Assembly (NCBI GenBank): GCA_030390025.1
Contig: CM059431.1
Coordinates: 108,316,001-108,380,000, forward strand
Origin: Squalus acanthias
Lineage: Eukaryota
Length of the DNA: 64,000 nt
Reading direction: 5' to 3'
The notes under the pieces are model-generated. The model was not told where the DNA came from, did no database searches, and was given only the letters and a program-made list of their open reading frames with translations. Numbering within the stretch: position 1 is the stretch's first letter; every line of letters starts with the position of its first letter. This document shows, piece after piece, positions 13,320-26,439 of this stretch. The position numbers and the translations under genes are program-made.

Positions 13320-13455
13320 ATACAAAAGCCAAATACTTCAGATGCTGGAAATCTGAAATAAAAACAGAAAATGCTGGAAATACTCAGCAGGTCAGGGAAC
13401 ATCTGTGGAGAGAGAAACAGAGTTCATGTTTCAGGTCGATGACCTGACGAAACAT
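13320..13455. mobile_element. Penelope-like pLTR fragment (family 2; also at 22735-22890 and 60170-60570)
   Basis: Shared motif aaaacagaaaatgctggaaatactcagcaggtcagg...cagagttaacgtttcaggtcgatgacct, containing part of a hammerhead core. Confidence 0.55.
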
Positions 13456-13458
13456 ATT

Positions 13459-14159
13459 GGGCCAAAAATTCATCCCGCTGCAATTGCCGGTTTCCTGCAT
13501 GCCCTGCGCATGCGCTGAAAACCGGCACTTGGTCTTTTGAAAAGGGGGCGGTTCCTCGGTGCATCGCGTGCGCGCTACAGGCTGCGCGCATGCTGTGCAC
13601 TTCGTGTTTTGGACGCGCAGGTAAGGACGGAAGATTTTAGAAATGGAAAAAGGAGGAGTAAGACCCACTTTTAACAAGGTAAGTAGTGAATTAAGTATTT
13701 TTTTGAATTTTTTTTAACAGGTATATCTTTTTTAGAGACTTTAAAGACAGGTAAGTTTATTTTTATAACTTTTTAAAAGATTTTAAATTTTTTCAAAAAT
13801 TTAATTTTTTATTTAAAATGGTTAATTTATTTAACTATACTTATTTTATTAATGTGATGTTTTTTTTAAATTTAATTGAGGTTTAGCTGTTATTTTGGGG
13901 GGGTGTAAGATTCATAGATTTCACAGCACGTATGTGAAACTTATGAATGGAAGATGGTGGGCTGCCATTGGCTCTAACTGAGTCACGTGATCCCACAGCT
14001 CGCACGAATTCACTACGCCGGTGGGATACGCAAGCACTGCCCAGCTGATGTCTGGAACATCAAGTTCGTGCGAGCTGGATCTGAAAAAGCACACGCGGAG
14101 TGAGAGATCGCGGGGAAGCCTTACCCCCGCGGGAACAGAGCGAGATCAATTTCTGGGCC
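13459..14159. mobile_element. Harbinger-type MITE, near-identical to 41849-42591
   Basis: TIRs gggccaaaaattcatc / gatcaatttctgggcc with flanks ATT/AAT. It aligns almost base for base with the 41.8-kb copy. Confidence 0.9.
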
Positions 14160-14179
14160 AATCGTTACCGCAGCCACAA

Positions 14180-15010
14180 TTTCACAATTGGCCCTTTCCT
14201 GTAATGGAATATATAGGAAAATGCGACTCTTCTTCATTTGTTTGACCTAGTGGTATAGTTTCTACCTCAGGTTCCTCGTTGGAATCAGCATAATGGCCAA
14301 TTTTTGTCTTTTCTTCTGTTGATTCCTCACAGCACGATGATATGACTTGGGGCCTCCATTTCATCTCCCTGCCCTCCAATTTAGCAGCACCTACTGGTAT
14401 CCGGCAGCACTTAGTTAAATGGGCCAATTTCGTGCAGTTATGACATTTAACCTTCTTACAAAGACATGGATCTGGATGACGATCGTGGTTGGGCAACACT
14501 TTTTTATCCAGCGCTGTTGAATCCTGTGGCCTCTAAATTGCTAGCATGCCTGGCATCCGTCTCCATCCTAAGTGCTATTTTGAGAGCTCGAGCAGACGTG
14601 TGTCTGTCGTCTACCAACAGTTTACTCTGGACAGACGTTTCCTTCAGACCACCGCCAACTTATTGCATTGTTGAGAAATCCACAAGTCACATGTTTCAGA
14701 CATTCCTCAGTTCTGCCACAAACTGAGAAACATTTTTATCATCCATTTGCCACCTTTGGTTAAACTTGAGCCATACTGCAGAAACGAGTGGCTTCAAGCT
14801 CAGATGTTCTTTGACCACTTGGACCAACTCCTCGTAGGTTTCGTCTTTCGTCTGGGCAGGAGCAATCCGATTCTTAATCAATGTACGTGCACAGGTCCAG
14901 AGAGAGGAAGCAAAGCTGCTCTCTTTTTTGCTTCTGTTGCAAGTTCATTTGCCTCAAAATAAATAAGATCACTCCAGCTTAACCCCGATTGGAACTCTTC
15001 AATTTTTCCA
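14180..15010 (-). pseudogene. Gypsy (Mag-like) gag remnant with zinc knuckles
   Basis: Minus-strand fragments YFEANEL..KKRAALL, IAPAQTKDETYEELVQVVKEHLSLKPLV..KFNQRWQ..VSQFVAELR and knuckle CHNCTKLAHLTKCC. Confidence 0.8.
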
Positions 15011-15319
15011 AGTAGGATTGCCAACCCTCCAGGATTGTCCTGGAGTCTCCAGGAATTGAAGATTAATCTTCAGGGCACTGCTGGGAGCAACACCCAGGAG
15101 ACAAATCATAGGGGCATTAAAAAATAATATTCTTACAACTCTTTAGTTTATTAGTTCCAAAAACGTTGGAGTTGGGAAAGAAAAAGCTGTTTGACTCGCA
15201 GTTGAGAATCATCCAATCAGGTAGTGAAGAGATTGTTCGCTTTCCAATTGGCTGGGAAGGTGGTGGTGCCATGTGAATGGACATGTTGGGCAACCAATGG
15301 GGGAAGCATGGTTTTTTTT

Positions 15320-15990
15320 AAATTCATTCATGGGATGTGGGCGTCGCTGGTAAGTCCAGCATTTATTGCCCATCCCTAATTGCCCTTGAGAAGGTGGTGG
15401 TGAGCCGCTTTCTTGAACCGCTGCAGTTCGTGTGGTGAAGGTACTCCCACAGTGCTGTTAACGAGGGAGTTCCAGGATTTTGACCTAGCGACGATGTCAG
15501 GATGGTGTGTGACTTGGAGGGGAACTTGGAGGTGGTGGTGTTCCCATGCGCCTGCTGCCCTTGTCTTTCTAGGTGGTAGAGGTGACGGGTTTGGGAGGTA
15601 CTGCTGAAGAAGCCTTGGTGAGTTGCTGCAGTGCATCTTGTAGATGGTACACACTGCAGCCACAGTACGCCGGTGGTGGACATAAGAACATAAGAAATAG
15701 GAGCAGGAGCAGGCCATTCGGTCCCTCGAGCCTGCTCTGCTATTTCATGAGATCATGGCTGATCCAATTTTGGCCTCAACTCCACTTTCCTGCCCGCTCC
15801 CCATAACCCTTGACTCCCCTGTTGCTCAAAAATCTGTCTATCTCAGCCTTGAATATATTCAATGACTCAGGAGGGAGTGAATGTTTAAAGTGGCGGAATG
15901 GGTGCCAATCAAGCGGGCTGCTTTGTCCTGGATGGTGTCGAGCTTCTTGAGTGTTGTTGGAGCTGCACTCATCCAGGCAAGTGGAGAGTA
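15320..15990 (-). mobile_element. LINE 3' fragment (same family as 38030-38645) with a CR1 tail inserted at ~15680-15868
   Basis: HRRTVAAVCTIYKMHCSNSPRLL matches 38162-38464. The tail is gggcaattagggatgggcaataaatgc. Confidence 0.8.
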
Positions 15991-17667
15991 TGGGGGTGGG
16001 GCAGTTGGAGGAAGGAGCAAATGTGATGAAACCTCCAGGAATACATCCAGCCAAAGTTGAAACCTCTATTTCCAAGTAATGCTGACATTAATGTTTAAAA
16101 AAAAATTCTATAACACGGTAGACTACAACCAAAGTAACAAAGATGTTCAATATTCAATGATTTTATCATTGCATCGTCCTTTATTCTTGTTACATTTCAT
16201 CAATGAATAACAAAAGACACTGCTGGGAGCAACCTAGGAGACAAATCATAGGGGCATTAAAAAAATAATTTTCTTTCAACTCTTTAGTTTATTAGTTTTA
16301 AAAATGTTGGTGTTGGGAAAGTAAAAGCTGTTTGACTGACAGTTAAGAATCATCCAATCGGATAGTGAAGAGATTGTTCACTTTCCAATTGGCTATAATA
16401 TGCTTAATCCCATCAGGGGTCTATGTAGTGTTCTGTTAACAATATGCAACTACCATACGCAGCAACAAGCTAAGTAAAAAAGACGTCCGATATTCAGTCT
16501 TTTTAACAATGCGCTGCCATTTATCCTAGTCGACGCTGTTTTGTGTAAAGAAGCATCCTACTTGCTGTGGTAATAACTAACTACTTTTATTTCCAGACCC
16601 CGTCGAACATTCCGTCAAAGAATAACAGAAAAATACAAGAGCAGTGTCAATGCTACAACGTGCTTACTCCCATCAGAGGGCCATCTCGTGTTCAGCTAAC
16701 AATATACAGTACCATCCTTACCGAATTACAGACTTAAGCAGTGCTCAGCTACTGGTGACCCATAATACATGCCAAAGTAATTCCACGCAGATTATGCTGC
16801 GTTGCTACAATATTTAATTACATCAGGAACCAGTTGATTGCACTTTGCTGATAGCGATGACACGAAAAATAAGCTTCAATTTATATTCGAGTCAACTTGA
16901 AATGATTACATTCTTGATACTGTTTCAAAAATCCGTTCCATGACTCCAATGCAATCCAAGAAGATGCATTCTTTGTCTCGACGGGTTGTGCGGCCGACCT
17001 GAATCCAGAAAGGAATGTAAAATGAGATTGACTTTTTTTCCTGCACCTGAACTCGAAAGGGTAATTAAGAGCCAGTCGGTGCATTTCCAGAGATTCGATG
17101 GTTTGTGACTTCTGTCGCCAGTTACCACTGATCCGTGAACCGCATTCCACTGCACCTTGTGGGCAAAATCGTGAAAGATCAGAGTCAGGTTTTCATTGTG
17201 GCCAGTGGTTCATTATAACAGAGTGTCATTCAAGTCAGTTTTGTTGTTAAAGTAATTGGGATATTGCAATCTGTGCACGATACAGAGTTTCATGCTCTCT
17301 GATTCAGTATAAGCAGATTTCACCATATTGAGGATATCTGCTACATTTCACACTGTTGGCCATATCTGAGCATTTAAGCATTCAAATGGCCAACCATTGC
17401 TTCTTTCACCTGTAAAAGCCCATTTCTGCTCGTTTAGATTCGGTCGAGTCTATTGTTGACCCTACCTTTCAGAAGCAAGAAGACTCCGCTGTGAGAAAAA
17501 CTCATCAAATGCAAGAGCAGCACCTAAAGATGGGGAAATGAAATATGATGCACTTCCGATAGAATTGATGTTCCAATATGAACTTTCAGATCACTTCAAA
17601 AGAGTCTGAAGATTGAAAGCATGACAAGGTGCACATTATAAGCAGGAGATTGATGCAGAGAAATAAT

Positions 17668-18353
17668 GGCCCTGAATTTGCGGTCGGAGGGAAATGCCTC
17701 CCATCCGCAAATAAAATCCGCGCCTTCCTGGTGCTCCGGGAGGTACGGAGACTCGCGGTCCTGGGCCTCTCCGGGTACCCGTGGGTAGAGGCCCACGTAT
17801 CCCCAGGGGCGCAGGCGGTTCGCGAGCACCCCTGGGATCACGTGGGCCGGCCCAACCAATAAAAGAAGGGAATCCACATTCACACTTATCGGGATTCCGT
17901 ATGTACTGAAACCCCATAAGCATGAATGGGAAGACCCCAAAAAATACACCTAGACATCAAAGAAATTAAAAAAACAATCACATATTTAAAATTAATTAAA
18001 ATAACATTTTATTAAATATTTAAAACAAAAATTAAAATTTTTGAAAAATAAATTTAAATGTTTTAAAGGGGCTAAAAATAAACTTACCTTATTTCACAGG
18101 TTTTTAAATGTGTAAATTATTGATAACATTTTATTTTTCTATTTTTTAAAACTCTTATGCTGGTAAAAGCAGGCTTTTACCAGGCATAAGGAGTTCACGG
18201 GCATTCGCTGGGCAGAAATTGGGCAAACAGCACAACTCTCCGCCCGCGGAGGCCCTTTTCCCGGGGATGTGTGCGATCTGTCAAGAGAATTCTTGACCGA
18301 TCGCAAGTTCCGGGTTTTAGCACGCACGCCGTAGGGGCCGCAAATTACGGCCC
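17668..18353. mobile_element. Harbinger-type MITE
   Basis: TIRs ggccctgaatttgcgg / ccgcaaattacggccc, TSD AAT/AAT, GC-rich arms around an AT-rich centre. Confidence 0.85.
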
Positions 18354-20544
18354 AATATATTGCGTAGGGAATTGGATGCTGTCCATGCTAATTTTCGTAC
18401 ATAACAACAGTGACTACAATTCAAAAAGCACTTAATTGGCTGTATAACGCTTTGGGACAACCTGAGGTCATGAAATGTGCTACATCAATGCAAGTCTTTC
18501 TTTCTTTCTATGTTTTAATTGCAGCTTTCTCTTCCATTTTCTCCTGAAACAAAATATCCCATCAGACTGGACTCCAGGAAGGAGACCAATTGCTTCATCC
18601 TAGATATAACTGAAGGTGTAAAGAGGTCAAATGTAAATATGGAAGCCATTACATGGCAAAGATTTTATTAGAGCACAATCCATCTAAATGACGGAGAACA
18701 GAAAAATGGAAGCATTTCTTCACGATTTTAAATCAAAGATGCACTGTGAAACGTACACCTACCTTAAACTTTACATATATTTTGCATAGGGAGTACATAA
18801 TATATTACTATATGTGCATGTTCCAATTAACTCTTACAGCTAGGGGTAGACTGACTTATTTGTTCATATTTGTGACATATGTTGAGAAATTAATGTTGCC
18901 ATCAGGGTTAATTATTTACTTCAGCATTACTGGTGTATAATCTGAGGAGTTTGTAATAAAGTAAAGACTTTTGATGCTTACTGAAATTGCCAAAGTCGTT
19001 TTCTCTTAGTTCTGGAAAGTAACGCTTTTTCGTCTGCACCCTTTAAGGGAAATATGGATAACCATGTGAGGTAGAATACAGGGCGATTGAGAGAGAGCAG
19101 GACAGTGGGATTTGTTTTTGATATCTTCAGCACAAACCTGATTGGCCAAATTGCCTCCTTCTCTGCTGTAAACCGCTATAGTTCTAGATTCTCTTAAATG
19201 CTTGTGAAATGGCCACTAACAAAAAAACCACAACAACTTGCATTTATATACCGCCTTTAAAGTTGCAAAGAAGTCCCAAGGCGCTTCACGAGAGCGTTAT
19301 GCAGCCACAGAACCAGGATCAGCTTTCCTAGGGTTTCAGGGACTCTCAGTAACTTACATCATCTGTAAAAACGAGACCTGTAGATGCGCACAGTCACCTA
19401 CATCCAATCCCCTGTAAAGCAGCAGCAACATGAAAGGCAAAGGTAATTTTTCATTAATAATGATGTTTCCATAGCCCATGACAGACCTATAAACCATGCA
19501 GTAGCATAAACAAACAGAGAGGAACATTTTGTCATGAATGTGCGATGTGAGAATCATACTTATGAACGTAAGATATTTGAGGAGTTCACATCATGTCTTC
19601 ATCCTCAGATGATTATTTGCGCCAATAGTCTTTGCAAGAGATCAAAGGTTGGATATGTGGCCCCTGGGAGATTTGGCTTGCCTGGTGCAGCACTTGCATC
19701 GCACACTTTGCAAAATCCTCTGAACCCGGACAATATCATCTAATGAAGATAAGGAAGGTCATCATTTGGGATGCTAAAGCAGCATTTTCCGTATTTGGAC
19801 CATTCCGTGAGGAGAAGGAGTTGCAGGATTTTACAAAAAGAGTTGGCAAAATAAAGGTGGTCTGGGTATGCTTCACAATATGGTCCCCAATAGAAGCTCT
19901 GAAAGTAGGAGGAGCAGATGCAGAAATGTGAAGATGAAGAGGATGGGGATAGGGTGCCCATTCAACCAGCAGCTCAGAAACCACTGCCACAACAGAGACT
20001 GGTGCAGCAGACATTTGTTGATGACTTTTTCAGTGGTGATCAGGGTAGGCCCCCAACAGCAAGCCAACACTCGAATGAATGAGCTCTTGCAATAATCTTG
20101 TCTTCGCTGTCTGTACATCTTATAATGGAGAGAGAATACTTCATGTGCAATAGCACAGAAAAGCAGTAAATAAAATAGATATTGCAGTGGTTCGGTTAAA
20201 TCCCCTCCCGCATTCTTCGGTACTCTGACTCTGGCCTTCTGTGCATCTCCCTCCCTTTACCCCACCATTAGTGGCAGAGGCTTCAACTGGCCTGGCCTTA
20301 CTCTCTGTGACTCCCTTTCTGAAGCCCTCGCTGTCATTTCTCTCTCCACCTTCAAAAATCTTTTCAATCATTTCAACCAAGTTTTTTGACCAAGCCTCCT
20401 AATCTCTGCCTCTGTGGTTTAGGATTCATTTCCTTTATCTATTCTTGTTTATTCCCCTATCCCCTGCCCCATATAACTGTAAAGCACCTTGGGACATTGT
20501 GTACTTTAAAATCACTAGGTAAATGCAGGCTATTGGGATATTAA

Positions 20545-21000
20545 GCCATGGCTCAGTCAGTAGCACCCTCGCCTCTGAATTGGAAGGTTGCGGATTCAAG
20601 TCCCACTCCAGAGATGTGAGCTCATAATCTAGACTGACATCTCAGCGCAGTGCTGAGGGAGTGCTGCACTGCCAGAGGTGCCGTCTTTCAGATGAAACGT
20701 TAAACCGAGGCCCCGTCTTCCCTCTCTGGTGTACGTAAAATATCCCATGTAACTATTTTGAAGAAGAGCAGAGGAGTTCTCCCCAGTGTCCTGGCCAATA
20801 TTTATCCCTCAACCGACAGCACTGAAGACAGATTATCTGGTCATTATCACATTGCCATTTGTGGGAGCTTGCTGTGCACAAATTGGCTGCCACATTTCCT
20901 ATATTGCAACAGTGACTACCCTTCAAAAGTATTTCATTGGCTGTAAGGCATTTGGGACATCCTGAGGTTGTGAAAGGCGCTATAGAAGTGTAAGTCTTTC
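20545..21000 (+). mobile_element. tRNA-derived SINE, DeuSINE (SacSINE1)-like, with an L2-type tail
   Basis: A-box tggctcagtcagt and B-box gattcaagtccc, central tttcagatgaaacgttaaaccgagg, tail gaaaggcgctatagaa. A second copy lies at 31075-31515 (-). The family name is from recall, not a search. Confidence 0.75.
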
Positions 21001-21366
21001 TTTTTCTTTTTCTTTTTGAAAATAAATGGCTGAAATAAGCTTTTATTTTACATTTAAAAGTCGGTTGTGCTGGACCTTTGGAATTGTTTTCGTGACTATG
21101 AGGAAAACATGGCACTACATTGATTTTTTACTGATTTTGTATTCTGTTGTTTTAACACACAAAACTGTAATTCCCTCTTGCATTGATAAGAACGTGCCAT
21201 CTTGTGCCTAATGTGTTGTTTACTTTAACACCGAGTCTTCAGGCTTTGGTGCGTAAGTATCCAAATTTTATGAATGCACGTTTTTTTTTTCTGTGAGTAA
21301 AACTCTATTTTTAGGCAACATTTGTCAGCTTAGAAAGAAAACTAGTTGACTGAATTAGACACAGAG

Positions 21367-21543
21367 GCAATTGTAACCTAACCGATCTGTCGGGGAACTG
21401 ACGGGATCGGGTGGTTTTAGATCCCGCCTGATTTTACCCTCCATTGCAGTCAGTGGACGGGAATATCGGGTGGGGTGTACATCCAGCCTTGCACCCGATC
21501 TCATCAGCTTGCCAACGGGTGGATTAAGTTAAAATTATCCCCA
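21367..21543. mobile_element. Short palindromic MITE
   Basis: Inverted termini ggcaattgtaacc / gttaaaattatcccc with an internal imperfect inverted repeat. Confidence 0.5.
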
Positions 21544-21803
21544 CGTGTTTCTGTTTACAGGCGCTGATAGCCAAGGAACGAGTTCCCCAAATTATTTGAG
21601 GCTACAGATGGGAATGACGCGTTGCCCCGTCTTGTACTGAATTAGGAGTTTGGAGGGAAAAAAAAAGGCTTCAAGTAAACAATTGATGTTGGAAAATAAA
21701 CAGTACCTGCAGGTTTGGTCAATAGAGCTGATGATGCTTCCAAAATACACATCGCAGCCTCATCTCTTCTTTATCGGAAAGAAAAGATCAGGCAACAAGC
21801 TCA

Positions 21804-22670
21804 GGCCAAGAATTCCTCAGAGCCGCCGTAACTTCACCAGAAATGAGGTAAAAACTCTGGGGAGAATTTTAATCCCCCAAAAATGGGTGGGTTGGGGTCG
21901 GGTGTGTTGTGAAAAATTTTTAAATCTCAAACCCGCCCACTTCCGGTTTTAATAGAGACTGGGTTGGGGGGGAGGCAACCAATCCGCTCCCAGGAGGTGA
22001 GTTGGCTATTTAGATATTTTGTAATGAGGCTGGGAGCCTCACGGTTTACCTGTCTTCGAGGTTTAACCCTGGCCGACCAGGTTTCCCGGGCCTCGGAGAA
22101 CCCAGCAGCTAAAGGGAGGCGAGGATAGCTTCGGGGAAAAGGTAAATGCCTTTCCAGCACAGCTTGTGGTCCAGGAGGAGCAGGAGTGCATCCCCCTGGC
22201 TGCCCGAGCTTACATTCTTCCCTCCCCACCATTGGAACCCCCCCCTCCACCTCAGATCAGAGATTGGATCCCCTTCCCCGGGATCGGAGATTGGTCCTTC
22301 CCCCCCCCCCCCCCGCCGTGATCAGCGACCACCCCCTGCCCCAAGATCCGGACTCCCCTCCTCACGCTCCCACTAACGCAGCAGCTCCTTACCTGCTCCT
22401 GCGGCCTCCTCCGAAAAGTTCTCCGCCCGACAGGGAGCCAAGCCTGTCAATCAGGCTGGCTTCCGGGCAGGGAACCTGCTGGAAAAAGAAGACAAACATT
22501 GTGGAGTCAACGTGCGGGGAAATCCGACCAAAACTGCACCCCCCCCCGCTCACCAAACCTGCACCAGTAAACATCGGGGCCCCTGTTTCCGCGTGCAATT
22601 TTGGTTTCTGCCGCACCTCCGGTGAGGTTATGGAGGCGGAGCAGGAGAAGCTCCAAGGAAATTCCTGGCC
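21804..22670. mobile_element. Short MITE with a nested Harbinger-type MITE (21859-22582)
   Basis: Outer TIRs ggccaagaattcct / aggaaattcctggcc. The inner element is flanked by CTG/CTG, and a related inner copy lies reversed at ~26920-27525. Confidence 0.65.
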
Positions 22671-24139
22671 AAGTGTCTTTTCATGCACAGAACCATAATA
22701 TTGAAAGTAGTCAGAAGTCACTTAGTTCTGAAAGAAAGTACTGCGGCTGCTGGGAATCTGAAATAAAAAAAGAAAATGCTGGAAACACTCAGCACTTCAG
22801 GCAGCATCTGTGGAGAGAGAAACAGAGGTAACGTTTCAGGTCAATCATCCTGCCTGACCTTCTGAGCGTGTCCAGCATTTCCTGTTTCTGTGTTAGTTAT
22901 ATCTGATTTGCTGATTAAAAGAAACGGCTCTTGAACACCATGCAGCAGTCCTTCTATAATGCCTATCAAGAAGAGGACAGCACTAATAATTACTCTGTTT
23001 ACCTGAAAAGTTTAGGTTATCTCATAGGTTTTGCTGCCCCTTATGAATACCGATCTGCTGGCTTAGCAACTCTCAGTAAGCCTTAGTCGCCGAGTCAGTC
23101 ATGTACTAGTGTAAATAAAGTAAAGATACAGCATGTTATTTAGTGTTAACATGAGTAGAAAAATCATTGCCTGTGCATTTTTGTCTGTAAATCACATTAT
23201 ATGGAAAGATGCAGAAATCACAGTCGCTCACAAGCCTACTTATACCAAAAGGTTGCTTTATCAGACGGACATAATGTAATGTTCCAATATGTTGTGTCAG
23301 AGAGTGGTAGGATAAGGATTAGTTTCATACAGTTCCCTATATATCAAGATGCTGATCTTTCCCAGAAGCAAGTCCCTTCCTCCCACATTAGGGGCATAGC
23401 TAAAGTATAGGAGGGAGAATAAGCTGACATCATGATCCACTCTCCTAGCAACCATTCTAAGCATGACATTGGCAGAGCACTCGGAGAAGGTCATTAACCT
23501 GTGGTCTTAGCTGCAGAACGACAGCACAAAAGATTCTGCTTTAAATAGCGAAAATAAAATTGCAAAATTATAATGTTTACCCATTACAGCTACCTCTATA
23601 ATGAAAGATTTAATGGAAGATCATATTTCTTGTTTCAGTTGTGAAAGGACTAATGGCTAAACTTCCCTTATCTGCCTGTTTGACAGCTACAAATAAATCA
23701 TAACACAGGAAGAGTAAGGTACCAACATAAAATTTTGACATTCATAGCAAAAAATGTGTCAAAAAATTAGTCTTGTTTCCGAGCCTACCTTATGGCTGGA
23801 AATCTCAAGTAAGTGTGCTGTTGTGTTGTTTCATCATAAGAGAGATTGTAGATGAAGTGCCACTAATGGGTATTGACGTCACCATAGGAACAGCAGGACC
23901 AATAACAGCAGACAGCATAAGTAATAAAACTATAGATTATAGTTGATATCTCTAGACACGATAGGGTAAATGTTTTGGTTGGTGGTGCAAAAGTAGTATG
24001 AGCGATTGGGGGCTGCAAAATCGGGCACAATTCTCTTTCGACAGTCTGCGCTGCATGGGAATCTTCTGCCCAAACGTTTAAGTCATCCTAAAGCGCTCCT
24101 GCACAAAATGTGCAAGAGCTTAAGTTTAATAAGCAGCAG

Positions 24140-25140
24140 CAAAAACAATTTGCATTTATATAGCGCATTTAACGTTGTAAAACGTCACTAGGTGCTTCAC
24201 AGGAGTATTATTCGTCAAAATTTGACACCGAGTCACTTAAGGAGATATTAGGAAAGATGACCAAAAGCCTGGTCAAAGAGATAGGTTTTAAGAATCGTCT
24301 TAGAGGAGGAGAGAGAGGCGGAGAGGTGGAGAGGTTGAGGAAGGAGAGAGAGGTGGAGAGGCGGAGAGGTTGAGGAAGGAGAGAGAGGTGGAGAGGTGGA
24401 GAGGTTGAGGGAGGAGAGAGAGGTGGAGAGGTGGAGAGGTTGAGGAAGGAGAGAGAGGTGGAGAGGCGGAGAGGTTGAGGAAGGAGAGAGAGGTGGAGAG
24501 GCGGAGAGGTTGAGGGAGGAGAGAGAGGTGGAGAGGCGGAGAGGTTGAGGAAGGAGAGAGAGGTGGAGAGGTGGAGAGGTTGAGGAAGGGAATTCCAGGG
24601 CTTACGACCTAGGCAGCTGCAGGCACGGCCACCAATGGTGCCGTGATTAAAATCTGAATTTTAGCCAATGAAGGTCAGCGAGCACAGGAGTGATGGGTGA
24701 ACGGGACTTGTTGCGAGTTAGGATATGGGGAGTCGAGTTTTGGATGAGCTCAAGTTTATGTAGGGTAGAAGATCGGAGGCTGACCAGGAGAGCATTGGCC
24801 TGGTTAAGTCTAGAGGTAATGGCGGTATGGGTGAGCTGATGCATGGCGGAGTCGGGCGATGTTACGGAGGTGGAAGTAGGTAGTCTTGGTGATGGAGCGA
24901 ATATGTGGTTGGAAGCTCAGCTCAGGGTCAAATACAACACTAGGGTTGCGAACTGTCTGGTTCAACCTCAGACAGGAAGAGGGATGGAGTCGGTGGCTAG
25001 GGACCAGAGTTTGTGGCAGGGACCGAAGACAATGGCTTCGGTGTTCCCAATATTTAGTAGGAGGAAATTTCTGCTCAACTAGTACTGGATGTCAGACAAG
25101 CAGTGTGACAAATCAGAGACAGTGGAGGGGCCGAGAGAGG
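24140..25140 (-). mobile_element. L2-like LINE 3' fragment
   Basis: Minus-strand ITSRLNQANALL..LHKLELIQN..ILTRNKSRSPITPVLADLHWL is an L2 ORF2 C-terminal motif. Confidence 0.8.
24305..24590. repeat. Purine-rich minisatellite, ~35-36 bp unit, about 8 copies
   Basis: Unit aggtggagagg(c/t)ggagaggttgaggaaggagagag, expanded from L2 sequence. Confidence 0.9.
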
Positions 25141-25489
25141 TGGTAATACACAATGAACGCTATTGCAATGGAAATCAGCACAAGCGCAATGCGCAAATTT
25201 TTATTAAATGCGATCACCCTCATAATATGGACGATCAGGGTCAGGCATGTACTGGACTGCGAGAAAGTCAATGTTTAAAGGGTGACCAACTGTGTTTTTA
25301 TTTGGCGTGTATATTAAAGTTGCCTTTAACTTTGATTTTCTGATAGCTGAAAGTTTCAGATTTTTTTTTGATGGTTTGTTTATTTGTGGAGGTTGTTGTC
25401 CCAGATTTTTGCCAGCAAGATAATTCATTGCTCCAATCAAATGGATATGGGATTTCTGACAGGTCTGCTTCTGTTTTTGTGTTTTTTGG

Positions 25490-26400
25490 AGGAGGAGGAG
25501 GAGGAGGAGGAAGAAGAGGATGAAAGGAGGGAGATGAGGCAGGTTTGATCGCACCAAAAACAGACTGCTTGCATCCATTCTTAGTCATGCTGCTGTATCT
25601 ATAGACCCAAGCACACCCAGTGACAAATTTCTGAGGACACCTACCTTCAACAGGCTCCACATCGCCAGGGAGGTAGTGACAGAGTTGTGGCATCTGCTTG
25701 AGGATGACCTCTAGATAAACTGCACCATAGGAATGGAACGGCCAGTGGCAAACTCAGTAAATCCCTGAACCTTAATGCCTTAGGCTCATTCCAAGCGACC
25801 ACAGGGGACGTCAGCAACATTAATAAATCCGCAGTGCACAGACGCATCAAGCAGGTCACTGATTAATTCTTCACCAGGGAAAACAATTTCATAATCCCCC
25901 TCCCTACACCCATCAAAACTTTGGCAGAAGAATGAGAAAGTCCTGCAATAATTTTGCCTTGCATGATGCCACACAATCGAAGGCATTATTGAAGCACGTA
26001 ATCCCACAGCATTCATAAGCACAAGATGTTCCACTCCACTTCCAACAGCCAGTGACCAGGAAGAGAGAGTCATGCAAGGCAATGCCCCCCTTCTAGTCAG
26101 CACTCATGACCCCTTCATTTTAAGACAATTCCCTCTCTGTGCTTTAACAATTTAAAGGAGATGGAAGACTGGAAGAAGTGCTTCTAGGAGACCAAGGGCA
26201 ATTAGGGATGGGCAATAAATGCTGGCCTTGCCAGCGACGCCCACATCCCACAAACGAATTAAAAAAAAGACAGCCCGTCTGTAGTCCTGACATTGTGGAG
26301 ACAGCCAAGATACAACAAGGCCCTCGCAGCCACCAGAATCATTATTGAACACACTGGCCACGATATTTACTAGGAGCTGATACTTTCTACAGCGTCCTGC
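25490..26400 (+). pseudogene. Highly decayed Harbinger transposase fragment
   Basis: Manual translation gives GSFQATTGDVSNINKSAVHRRIKQVTD and HDPFILRQ, matching the intact transposase (GSFQAAVGDLANISQFAVHRCIRQVT; HDAFILRQ). Confidence 0.75.
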
Positions 26401-26439
26401 TAAATTTAACGGCAGGGTGTCCTTTAAATTTTTTCAAAT

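Noticed and set aside
20545..20625. tRNA gene
   Set aside because: It is a degenerate tRNA-like head continuous with a SINE body and tail.
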